Assembly (NCBI GenBank): GCA_022646745.1
Contig: CP060262.1
Location: 630,001 to 662,000, forward strand
DNA from: Planctomycetales bacterium
GTDB taxonomy: Bacteria > 4484-113 > JAFGCY01
Direction: 5' to 3'
Length of the DNA stretch: 32,000 nt
Position 1 is the first letter of the stretch. Each line of letters opens with the position of its first letter. Shown one piece after another: positions 1 through 7,495 of the stretch. The notes beneath the pieces are model-generated. The model did no database searches. It was not told the DNA's origin and saw nothing but the letters and a program-made list of their open reading frames with translations. The translations under genes and the position numbers were made by a program.

Positions 1-699
1 ATCAAACGGATCGCTGCCGGCATCGTTCAGGTCATAGCCGTCGTCAATACCGTCGGCATCGTCATCAACCGCCACCGCGAGGAAGGGATTGAACAGCCAG
101 ATGGTCTCACCCGTGTTCGGGCTGGTGCCGTTGTAGCGGTTCGTCGAGGACAGCAGCGAGGGCTGGCCGAGGTAGGTCGGCGAATGCATCTGGCTGAAGC
201 TGAAGTCGAACTCATAGTTGCGGGGGTTGTCATAGACATCCGTCGGCAGCACGGAACGGTCACCACGGGGACTGGTCCAGTAGTCATCACCCGTTCCGAG
301 GATGTCATCGAGGCCCGCGGCGCCGACGACACCGCTGTCCGGCACCTGGTCACGGCGGAAGCCGCTGACCGGGTCGAGCACGACGATCGCCGTGGCCGGC
401 TGGTTGGCCGAGCTGTAGTAGTCCGGCAGGGACTTCTGCTGCACCACGAGTGAGATGGCGTCGTTGAGCGCCTTCTGGCTCGCAAGGTCCAGCTTATGTC
501 CCTTGATCGCCTCGGCGGTGCTGACCGCTTCCGTGTTGAGGCTGGTCAGGACCAGCGTCACCAGCGGGAGCAGGAGCGCCACGAAGATGATCACGGCCAG
601 CAGCACGACGCCCCGGTGGCCGCGCTTCACAGCGCGTCCGCGGAGCTGCCCACAAGGGGCGTGCTGAGGGGTGTTTCCGCCATTGGATATTCCAGTCAT
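1..699 (-). CDS. GspK-like minor pseudopilin, 3' end cut by the window edge
   Basis: Open frame running off the left edge; it has no stop in the window, so it is absent from the ORF track. My translation from the ATG at 697-699: MTGISNGGNTPQHAPCGQLRGRAVKRGHRGVVLLAVIIFVALLLPLVTLVLTSLNTEAVSTAEAIKGHKLDLASQKALNDAI... It has a hydrophobic N-terminal helix after RG and no Glu at +5, as in GspK/PulK. It ends ...AVDDDADGIDDGYDLNDAGSDPFD. An in-frame ATG at 778-780 would add 27 aa, so the start is uncertain. Confidence 0.6.
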   Translation of the reverse strand, partial: MTGISNGGNTPQHAPCGQLRGRAVKRGHRGVVLLAVIIFVALLLPLVTLVLTSLNTEAVSTAEAIKGHKLDLASQKALNDAISLVVQQKSLPDYYSSANQPATAIVVLDPVSGFRRDQVPDSGVVGAAGLDDILGTGDDYWTSPRGDRSVLPTDVYDNPRNYEFDFSFSQMHSPTYLGQPSLLSSTNRYNGTSPNTGETIWLFNPFLAVAVDDDADGIDDGYDLNDAGSDPFD

Positions 700-860
700 A
701 TCAGTTCCAGGGGTGAGGTCAGCCGTGGAAGCACTGCCGCTTTCCGGGGACCCACCAACGAGATTTGTGTAAGTGCGCATAAGCCTCGCAGTTTATTATT
801 CCCAAGAGCCGGGAATCTACACCATATATATAGAAAATTGAGCCTTCACATCCGTGCAGT

Positions 861-895
861 AAAAGTAAAAATGGCCCGGACATTGCCGGGCCATT
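861..895 (-). terminator. Rho-independent terminator downstream of the GspJ-like gene
   Basis: Perfect 10-bp stem AATGGCCCGG / CCGGGCCATT (870-879 and 886-895) with a 6-nt loop. On the minus strand it is followed by TTTTACTTTT (861-870). It starts 14 nt after the stop codon at 909-911. Confidence 0.7.
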
Positions 896-908
896 CCTTC
901 GCTTCAGG

Positions 909-2765
909 TCAGTTCGAGACCGGGTTCTTTTCCTGCAGCTTCTCCGAGGGAGTGCTGGCCCGGATGGTCGCACTCGGATCCAACGGATCGCGGAACAGGG
1001 TTCGCACCGCATCGAACACGTTCTGGTCCACGCGGCGCTCCTGGATCCGGCTGTCACGCGGGCTGGTCATCAGCTCGAGGTAGTACGGATAGGCTCCGCT
1101 CTCAACCAGGGGACTGTTGACCGGGACCGTGCGTGTCATCACCAGGTCCTTGTTGACACCGATGTAGTCAGCCTGCTGGTTGTACAGCGGCTGGGTGCGG
1201 GAGGGATCCGAGAAGGGGATCGGGCTGTCGAGGCGGTAGTACACGGTGCTGCCGGTCTTGCCAGCCTTACCACTCTTGTTGCGGCGCTCCTCGATCACAT
1301 CGTTGGGGGTGGACACCACGGTCACACGCACCGCTCGCATGTAGGGCAGCCACCAGCCGGGCACCGGGTCATCCGGGATGCCGTCGCCGTCCGGGATGCC
1401 GTCCGCATCGCCCAGGTCGCCGACGCCGGTCGGGTTCAGGCTGCGCTGGTAGTAACCGGTACCGTGCAGGCGCTCCATGTCGGGACGCAGCTGCGCGATG
1501 CCACCGTCAATCACTTCACCACCGCTGAGGCTGGTGGTCACATAGGCATAGCGGTCGATCGGCGAGTTGTCATTGCGGCCGTCGCCGTTTGAATCGATGT
1601 TGTCGAACACGGCGCTGTTCCAGCCACTGGTCAGCGTGCCGCCGGTCACCTCACCGAGGCCGACACCGGTCGGCGGGGCAACATGGTCACCGGTCAGCTT
1701 CAGCGGGTCGAAGCCCTCGGGATAGCTGTCCTGCAGTTTCCAGCTGAAGCCGCCATACTGGGCACCGGTATCCGGGTCGACGTAGAATCCGTCAGTGCCG
1801 TTGAAGGCCACGTCGATCTGGCGCATCTCCCAGTGGTCCACCAGGGGCTCCATGCCGACCATCGAATTGTCACGCTCATCATTGGCGGCAATCCAGTTGA
1901 TGCTGCCGTCAAGCAGGCTCTGGTAACAGATCTCGACGTTGCCGCCATTCACGCGGGAAAGGTAGACCGGCACCTCATGCAGGTACTCGTACTTCACACG
2001 GGTGATGTTGCCGCTGATCGGGATCTGGCGCTCACGGCGTACGATGTCCGGGCTGTCCGCAAAGGCGTAGAACAGGTCCTGCACCAGGACGGAGCTTTCC
2101 TTCTGAGCGCCGGAGACCACCACATCCGGGTAGCCGTCCAGCACGCCGCGGCCGGCACCGGGGCCGGAGTTCTGCAGGTCGGCACCGTCAAACACGGCGT
2201 CACCGTTGCGGTCCCACTCACCGGAAAGGTAGTAGGGCATTTCGTCATTTGCCGGAGTCACGAGGCGCAGCAGGCTGTCGTAGTAGACCAGCTCGCGGGA
2301 GCCGTCGCGGCGGATCGCCTTCGGCACGGCGAAGGTCTGGTTACTACCCCGGGGGGTGTCTGCCACAAGTGACTGGTGCGTAAGGCGCAGCCTGTCACTC
2401 CAGGCGCAGCTCAGGAAGTAACCCGCGGAGATCACCGGCAGGTTGTTGACCCGCCATGCCACGCGCCAGACGGCATCCTCGTCGTAACCCTCGCCATTGG
2501 TGTACGGCAGGTCATCGGGGTAGCCGTTGAGGTCGCGGTCGTACTCCAGCGGAATGGAGGTCGCGGTGCTGATGTCATTCACCACATAATCCAGGGCCGC
2601 TCTTGTGTTGTTGTTCAGCTGGGCACGGCTCTCACCAACGCGCAGCACCTCGAAGGAAGTGCCGAGCACGGTGAACATCACCGAGAAGACGATTGCGGCG
2701 ATGAGTACCACCACCAGCACCTCGATCAGGGTGAAACCGTTGCGTCTGTATCTGTTCTTGATCAT
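909..2765 (-). CDS. GspJ/PulJ-like pseudopilin, very large (618 aa)
   Basis: N-terminus MIKNRYRRNGFTLIEVLVVVLIAAIVFSVMFTVLGTSFEVLRVGESRAQLNNNTRAALDYVVNDISTA carries the prepilin cleavage/methylation motif G|FTLIE and a J-type helix. ATG start preceded by AGGTGA 4 nt upstream. Acidic Ca-binding-like runs are present: DNIDSNGDGRNDNSPID and GDADGIPDGDGIPDD. The latter is encoded by an 18-nt-period direct repeat CCGGGATGCCGTC at 1373-1385 and 1391-1403. Confidence 0.8.
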   Translation of the reverse strand: MIKNRYRRNGFTLIEVLVVVLIAAIVFSVMFTVLGTSFEVLRVGESRAQLNNNTRAALDYVVNDISTATSIPLEYDRDLNGYPDDLPYTNGEGYDEDAVWRVAWRVNNLPVISAGYFLSCAWSDRLRLTHQSLVADTPRGSNQTFAVPKAIRRDGSRELVYYDSLLRLVTPANDEMPYYLSGEWDRNGDAVFDGADLQNSGPGAGRGVLDGYPDVVVSGAQKESSVLVQDLFYAFADSPDIVRRERQIPISGNITRVKYEYLHEVPVYLSRVNGGNVEICYQSLLDGSINWIAANDERDNSMVGMEPLVDHWEMRQIDVAFNGTDGFYVDPDTGAQYGGFSWKLQDSYPEGFDPLKLTGDHVAPPTGVGLGEVTGGTLTSGWNSAVFDNIDSNGDGRNDNSPIDRYAYVTTSLSGGEVIDGGIAQLRPDMERLHGTGYYQRSLNPTGVGDLGDADGIPDGDGIPDDPVPGWWLPYMRAVRVTVVSTPNDVIEERRNKSGKAGKTGSTVYYRLDSPIPFSDPSRTQPLYNQQADYIGVNKDLVMTRTVPVNSPLVESGAYPYYLELMTSPRDSRIQERRVDQNVFDAVRTLFRDPLDPSATIRASTPSEKLQEKNPVSN

Positions 2766-2901
2766 CCGCTCACCTGGGCCGGCCTGTCGCCAGCCGGCCT
2801 GAGAGTGCCCCCGCCATTCTGTAAGCAGACGGGGTGCCTATACCTGTTATTCCCACCTGCGGCAGCACTCAAAAGCCACCGCCGGAAATTGCACTGGGCC
2901 A

Positions 2902-2920
2902 GCGCCGGACATGCCGGCGC
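2902..2920 (-). terminator. Stem-loop just after the third GspG-like gene (possible terminator, attenuator or mRNA-stabilising hairpin)
   Basis: GCGCCGG-acatg-CCGGCGC, a 7-bp GC stem beginning 7 nt after the TGA at 2927-2929. No clear U-tract follows on the minus strand, so a terminator function is unproven. Confidence 0.3.
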
Positions 2921-2926
2921 AAGGCA

Positions 2927-3991
2927 TCAGACCTTCTTGCTGTAGAAGATTGCGCCTTCGAACAGCTGCAGCACGTACCACTCATAGAGGGTATCCACGC
3001 CGGGGCTGCCATAACCGGGCAGGCCGGTGTCGAAGAACTCGCGCTGCTCGTCCTCGTATTCCTTCGTTTCGTGCTTTGCATCACCATAGGCGAACAGCAG
3101 GTAGCCGCTCACGTTGGTGCCCCACTTCCAGGTCTCGTTCTCAAGCGTGGCGGCGCTGTCACCGAAGGGATTGGCGCTCGCGCTCAGCACAGGCACGTAG
3201 GCGAAGTCACCGGGGGCGAAGTAACGGCCGTCATTGGGACCGAACACGTAGTCGTCCGGGGTGAAGCTCGCAAGCGGCAGGCCGGTCGGGTCCTGGGACA
3301 CCAGCGTACGGGCACTGTCAAACGGGTCCGTGGCGGTGCTGACGTTCGGCTGGCTGCCGTCGCCCTTGATCGAGCAGTAGAAGGAGACGTCATAGCCGCC
3401 GGGAGCGGGATTGCCCGGCTCAAACACATCAGCCGGGTCGAAACCGCCGCCGATGTTGATGTTGAAGCGGAACACGTTGCGCATCTGGTCACGCTGGGCG
3501 GTGTTCACGTTCGTGACGAATGGGTTGGCCGGGTACTCCGGCATGCTGTCCGTCAGGATCAGTGAGTCGAACAGGCGGGCGGTGTCCTCATTGCCGCTGA
3601 ACGGGGTGTCCTTGACGTTCTTGATCTGCTCGAACACGTTGGTGCTGGAGCCGTTGTAGTGGCCGACGCCACCGAGGATGCCGTTGACCATCTGGTTGGC
3701 CTGCGGGGCCAGGGAGCCGGCGCCACCGCCCGCATAGAACTGCGGGTCACCGAGCGCATGGTCCTGGTAGGTCGCCATCGCATCCAGTGCCACGCCGGGG
3801 TAGTTGCCGTTGTGGTTCTGGGCATAGTTGGCAAGCCCGGTCTCGATGCCGGACATCTGGGCCTTGATGGCCGCTTCCTTGGCCTTGACCTGTGCACCCT
3901 TGACCAGTGGGACGAGTGTCACCACCAGCAGTCCGATGATGCCGATCACGACCAGCATCTCAACCAGTGTAAAACCCCTGCGACTGCGCAT
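2927..3991 (-). CDS. GspG-like major-type pseudopilin, paralogue 3 (about 354 aa)
   Basis: MRSRRGFTLVEMLVVIGIIGLLVVTLVPLVKGAQVKAKEAAIKAQMSGIETGLANYAQNHNGNYPG. I prefer the start at 3991 because AGGAG lies 8 nt upstream; the ORF track's longer form starts at 4021. It shares the motifs EYPANPF and GDFAYVP with the two upstream paralogues. Confidence 0.85.
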   Translation of the reverse strand: MRSRRGFTLVEMLVVIGIIGLLVVTLVPLVKGAQVKAKEAAIKAQMSGIETGLANYAQNHNGNYPGVALDAMATYQDHALGDPQFYAGGGAGSLAPQANQMVNGILGGVGHYNGSSTNVFEQIKNVKDTPFSGNEDTARLFDSLILTDSMPEYPANPFVTNVNTAQRDQMRNVFRFNINIGGGFDPADVFEPGNPAPGGYDVSFYCSIKGDGSQPNVSTATDPFDSARTLVSQDPTGLPLASFTPDDYVFGPNDGRYFAPGDFAYVPVLSASANPFGDSAATLENETWKWGTNVSGYLLFAYGDAKHETKEYEDEQREFFDTGLPGYGSPGVDTLYEWYVLQLFEGAIFYSKKV

Positions 3992-4026
3992 CGTTTCTGC
4001 TCCTGTCAATGCCATTGCCATTGCGA

Positions 4027-5058
4027 TTAGAATTCAACCTTGTTGCCGCTGTTGTCAGTTGCCGTAGTCGACCCCTGACCGCTGCGCTTGGCGTAGGTCA
4101 CCAGACCACGCTCGAACATGTCCTTCGTACCGTTGCCATTCCAGTCCTTGCCGGCGGCTTCATTGCCGCGCACCGCAAGGCCGAGTGAGTTGTTCGGGTA
4201 GTTCACGTACCAGCTGCCGTTGAGGCGCATGTCGCCATAGCCCCAGATCTGGTAGCTGTCAACGACGTCGATGTAGTACTTGCCATCCTGCACGGCGCCG
4301 CTAGGGTAGGTCACGTTGTAACCGGCCTTGCCGGCCACCACGCCCTGCGGGTAGGTGTAGTCGTTGGCACTGTCAACGCCGTAGAAGTGCGTGTAGGTGA
4401 AGTCACCGGGGGTCGGCACCACGTTCTCGCCGGGGATCGAGGGATCCAGGCGCGCCGGGCCGCCGTTTTTCCAGTTGGCATCGCCGTACTCCCAGAGCAC
4501 GTTGCCCATCTGGCGCTTCATGAAGGGGTTCGGCGGGTACTCGCCGATGTAGCCCATCGCCACCAGCGGGTCGCTGTACTGGTTGAAGCGGTTGTAGAAG
4601 TTGTTGTAGTTCCAGTTTGCGGCGTAGGGCTGGGGCAGCAGGTCAGGACGCTCGATGTCCTGCACCGTGTTGATGTTGTAGCCCTCGCGGGTGACACGCT
4701 CCGCGCCACCCCAGATGCCCAGCGAGAAGCGGTCGCCCGGGTCGCTGGTCAGGCCGCTGCCCGTGTCACGGGCGACGTATGGGTCGAAGTTCGGGTCGCT
4801 GACCGTGGCGTTGTCATACCAGGTCACGCGGAAGGGGTACTGGCCGTTGTGGTCGGTACCGAAAGCCTCGAGTGCCTTCTGGATCTCATTGACCTGGGTC
4901 GCGGTCTGGGCCTCCATCTGCTTGCGCTTGACCTTCTGCAGGTTCGGCAGGGCGATCGCCACGAGGATGGCAATCACCACGATCACGACCAGCAGCTCGA
5001 TCAGGGTGAAGCCCCGCAGCTGTGTGCCCCAGTCAGGCTTGATGTATCTGCTCTGCAT
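4027..5058 (-). CDS. GspG-like pseudopilin, paralogue 2 (about 343 aa)
   Basis: MQSRYIKPDWGTQLRGFTLIELLVVIVVIAILVAIALPNLQKVKRKQMEAQTATQVNEIQKALEAFGTDHNGQYP. The ATG at 5056-5058 has GGAG 7 nt upstream; the ORF-track start at 5061 is a TTG. Motifs EYPPNPF and GDFTYTHF. Confidence 0.85.
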   Translation of the reverse strand: MQSRYIKPDWGTQLRGFTLIELLVVIVVIAILVAIALPNLQKVKRKQMEAQTATQVNEIQKALEAFGTDHNGQYPFRVTWYDNATVSDPNFDPYVARDTGSGLTSDPGDRFSLGIWGGAERVTREGYNINTVQDIERPDLLPQPYAANWNYNNFYNRFNQYSDPLVAMGYIGEYPPNPFMKRQMGNVLWEYGDANWKNGGPARLDPSIPGENVVPTPGDFTYTHFYGVDSANDYTYPQGVVAGKAGYNVTYPSGAVQDGKYYIDVVDSYQIWGYGDMRLNGSWYVNYPNNSLGLAVRGNEAAGKDWNGNGTKDMFERGLVTYAKRSGQGSTTATDNSGNKVEF

Positions 5059-5061
5059 CAA

Positions 5062-6072
5062 TCAGCTCCCGGTAATCTTGATGAAGGTAGCGCCGTAGAA
5101 GGCGTTGTCAATGTCGGGACCGCCGCCCGGCAGGGTCTGGCCGAATGTGCCGATGCCGCCGTCGCTGTCCGTCACGTCACCACGCAGGATGCCCGCCGGG
5201 GTGACATTCGAGAGCACCTGCTCCAGCGGGTCCGCCACGAGGCTGTTGTCAAAGTCGAAGGCACTGGCGCTGTTGCTCCAGTACTTCTCGCTCAGGCCCT
5301 TGGCCTGGCTGTCATCGGCGCGGCTTCCGCCCCAGCCGATCAGGATGTAGCCCTTGCACTTGGCGTAGTACTCGCTGCGGTCCTGGCCACTCAGTGCGCC
5401 CCAGTTACCGGCGAAGTCCGTGCCACTGAGGTTCTGCGGGTTGAGCGGGATGTAGGTGAAGTGGCCGCGGCCATAGTCGGCGTAGTTGGCACGCATCGAC
5501 TGGCTGCTGCCGAGGTAGCGGTTCCAGTTGATGGTGTTCGGGTCGCTCACGTCCGGCTGGGTGTCACCGTTCACGCCCTGCGGGCTGAACAGGAACAGGT
5601 TGGACATCTGCGCCTTCAGGCCACCGTTGGTCCTCACGAAGGGGTTTGCCGGGTAGTCCGTCAGCTCACCGCTGACGATCAGGGCATCCAGCACGGACGG
5701 GTTGGGGGTCTCGTCCGGGAAGTAGGGAGCCTGGTTGCCGGGACCACGCGCATCGCTGTCATCCTTCGGGACGTAGAAGTCCTTCTGGGGCTCAGCGCCG
5801 TTGTAGGTCGGCAGGCCGCCGATCAGTCCCGGGCCGGCGAAGTAATCGCCGTTTGAGTCCTGGATCCACTGGACGCCGGGATAGCCACCCTTGGCCACCC
5901 CGTACTTCTCCAGTGCCGCCTGGATGTCATTGCAGCCCTTCTTGACTTCCATGTCCTTGGCCTTTGACCGAGCGGCATTGGTCGCCGGAAGGGCGATGGA
6001 CACCAGAATCAGGATGATGCCCATTACCACCAGCAACTCAACCAGGGTAAAAGCCTTTGTGTCTCTGTGCAT
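5062..6072 (-). CDS. GspG-like pseudopilin, paralogue 1 (about 336 aa)
   Basis: MHRDTKAFTLVELLVVMGIILILVSIALPATNAARSKAKDMEVKKGCNDIQAALEKYGVAKGGYPG. The ATG is at 6070-6072, with an alternative GTG at 6084. It has Ala rather than Gly at the -1 cleavage position (KA|FTLVE). Motifs DYPANPF and GHFTYIP. Confidence 0.8.
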   Translation of the reverse strand: MHRDTKAFTLVELLVVMGIILILVSIALPATNAARSKAKDMEVKKGCNDIQAALEKYGVAKGGYPGVQWIQDSNGDYFAGPGLIGGLPTYNGAEPQKDFYVPKDDSDARGPGNQAPYFPDETPNPSVLDALIVSGELTDYPANPFVRTNGGLKAQMSNLFLFSPQGVNGDTQPDVSDPNTINWNRYLGSSQSMRANYADYGRGHFTYIPLNPQNLSGTDFAGNWGALSGQDRSEYYAKCKGYILIGWGGSRADDSQAKGLSEKYWSNSASAFDFDNSLVADPLEQVLSNVTPAGILRGDVTDSDGGIGTFGQTLPGGGPDIDNAFYGATFIKITGS

Positions 6073-6131
6073 AGTTTTCACCACGAGATACGCCTCAGTG
6101 CTAGGTGTAGCGTCGAGTATGTAGACGTTTT

Positions 6132-6137
6132 ATTATA
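6132..6137 (-). promoter_or_regulatory. Candidate -10 box (TATAAT) of an internal promoter for the three GspG-like genes
   Basis: A perfect TATAAT on the minus strand (plus-strand ATTATA at 6132-6137) sits in an AT-rich patch of the 256-nt gap between the GspI-like and first GspG-like genes, about 60 nt upstream of the ATG at 6072. I found no convincing -35. Confidence 0.35.
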
Positions 6138-6340
6138 GAACAGGTTACTTCCAATACCTAAAAGCCCCGGAAGCTCCTGCACCGGCCTGAGGCCGCTTCC
6201 AAACAAGGCCGCACGCAATCCGCGCAAGCCATCAAGCTGGGAATTCCGACAAGAATTCGGTTTTTCCACCCGTATTCTCCCTGCCCTGCGATTTCGGCCG
6301 GCCTGTCTGACCTTGGCCGACGGACTATGTTCCGGTCCGA

Positions 6341-7426
6341 TCAGTTGGTCGGGGTGATGATCAGGCTCTTGTTGTTGGTCAGCGGACCCGTGCCCTCGCC
6401 CAGCGTGGTCCACTCATTCGTCGGGGAGACGAAGGTGCGCAGGTCGATCACATTCAGGTCGCTGAACGGGATGTAGCCTTCCGGCGCGTTGCGCGGCAGC
6501 CAGAACACCTGCACGATGATCAGCTTGCCGGGACCACCGCCGCGGGTCAGCACCTGGAACTTGTTGTCCGGGCCCTTGGCGATCGGGTACGGGTCGAGCG
6601 CCGTGGCACCGCCATCGCGGTCGTCGTTCGGGTCGAAGTTGTCGCCGTCAGTGTCCAGCGGGTTGTTCTCACCGCCGACATTGGTCACCACGTCAAGCAC
6701 GATGGTGCGGCGGCCGAACTCGCCGAACTGCTCCACGAGCTGGTCATAGCCCGTACGGAAGTTGTCCATGTTGTTGAGGTTGTCCAGGCGCTGCTCCACC
6801 TGGGGCAGGCTGCGCCGGTCGATCATGCGCACATCGGCGATGTCCGGGACATTGACCGGGTCCACACCAGGGCCAGCCTGCTCAAGCAGGGCATTCTGGC
6901 GGTTGATGCGGAAGCGGTAGAAGCCGATCGGCTCGTACTCGTAATCAAAGCTGTTGGGCGTGTTGAAGTTCACATGCCCGGTGAACATGCCGCCGATCGG
7001 GTTGGACGGCGTGTTGCGGTTCACACCGACGGCGTTGTTGTAGCCCTGGGTCGCCGGGTCATACGGGTTGTAGTCCAGCGGCAGGGGGTAATGCCACATC
7101 GCCTGCCAGTCGCCTGCGGTCTCGTAGTCGTAGCCGAACCAGTCAGCGGTTGCCGTGTCGATGGCTCCCTCCGCCTGGTAGACACGCACCTGCACCGGGT
7201 TTGGCGTGACATTCGAGTAGATCTGGTCGTAGGGCATCTGGCGCAGTTCCGCCAGGCGTTCCTGTGCCAGCATCAGGGCGCGGGTACGAACGGTGGACTG
7301 CTCCACCATCTGCAGTGACTTGCTGTAGAAGTAGGCCACGGGAACCAGTGCGATCGCAAGGATCGTAAGCGCGATCATCAGCTCCAGCAGGGAGAAACCC
7401 CGCCTGCCTGCCATCCTGATACGCAT
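6341..7426 (-). CDS. GspI/PulI-like minor pseudopilin, enlarged (about 361 aa)
   Basis: MRIRMAGRRGFSLLELMIALTILAIALVPVAYFYSKSLQMVEQSTVRTRALMLAQERLAELRQMPYDQI, with the prepilin motif G|FSLLE and an I-type helix. The start at 7426 has GAGG 6 nt upstream; the ORF-track ATG at 7456 is possible. Contains the acidic run NNPLDTDGDNFDPNDDRDGG. Confidence 0.75.
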   Translation of the reverse strand: MRIRMAGRRGFSLLELMIALTILAIALVPVAYFYSKSLQMVEQSTVRTRALMLAQERLAELRQMPYDQIYSNVTPNPVQVRVYQAEGAIDTATADWFGYDYETAGDWQAMWHYPLPLDYNPYDPATQGYNNAVGVNRNTPSNPIGGMFTGHVNFNTPNSFDYEYEPIGFYRFRINRQNALLEQAGPGVDPVNVPDIADVRMIDRRSLPQVEQRLDNLNNMDNFRTGYDQLVEQFGEFGRRTIVLDVVTNVGGENNPLDTDGDNFDPNDDRDGGATALDPYPIAKGPDNKFQVLTRGGGPGKLIIVQVFWLPRNAPEGYIPFSDLNVIDLRTFVSPTNEWTTLGEGTGPLTNNKSLIITPTN

Positions 7427-7495
7427 GTTGTGCCTCAATTCATCCACCTGTCGCATACCTTATGTTACCCATCAGGGAACTTTGAATTACAGTAC

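Noticed and set aside
4387-5856. A 489-aa plus-strand ORF, and similar long ORFs at 184-453, 496-1083, 1683-2372, 2376-2945, 2834-3565, 3659-4030, 6974-7318 and 7772-8809, all opposite the pseudopilin genes
   Set aside because: These are shadow ORFs typical of GC-rich DNA. Their translations are Arg/Ala/Gly/His/Val-rich low-complexity strings with no motifs. The opposite strand encodes proteins with clear prepilin signatures and SD sites.
6241-6265. GAATTC-cgacaa-GAATTC-GGTTTTT, which looks like a plus-strand intrinsic terminator in the I/G intergenic gap
   Set aside because: No plus-strand gene ends here. On the minus strand, which carries the coding sequence, the U-tract is on the wrong side. 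The stem is only 6 bp and AT-rich.
6078-6413. A 111-aa minus-strand ORF spanning the I/G1 intergenic region
   Set aside because: It overlaps the 3' end of the GspI-like gene in another frame and runs through the AT-rich promoter-like region. Its composition is R/G/P/H-rich and non-protein-like.
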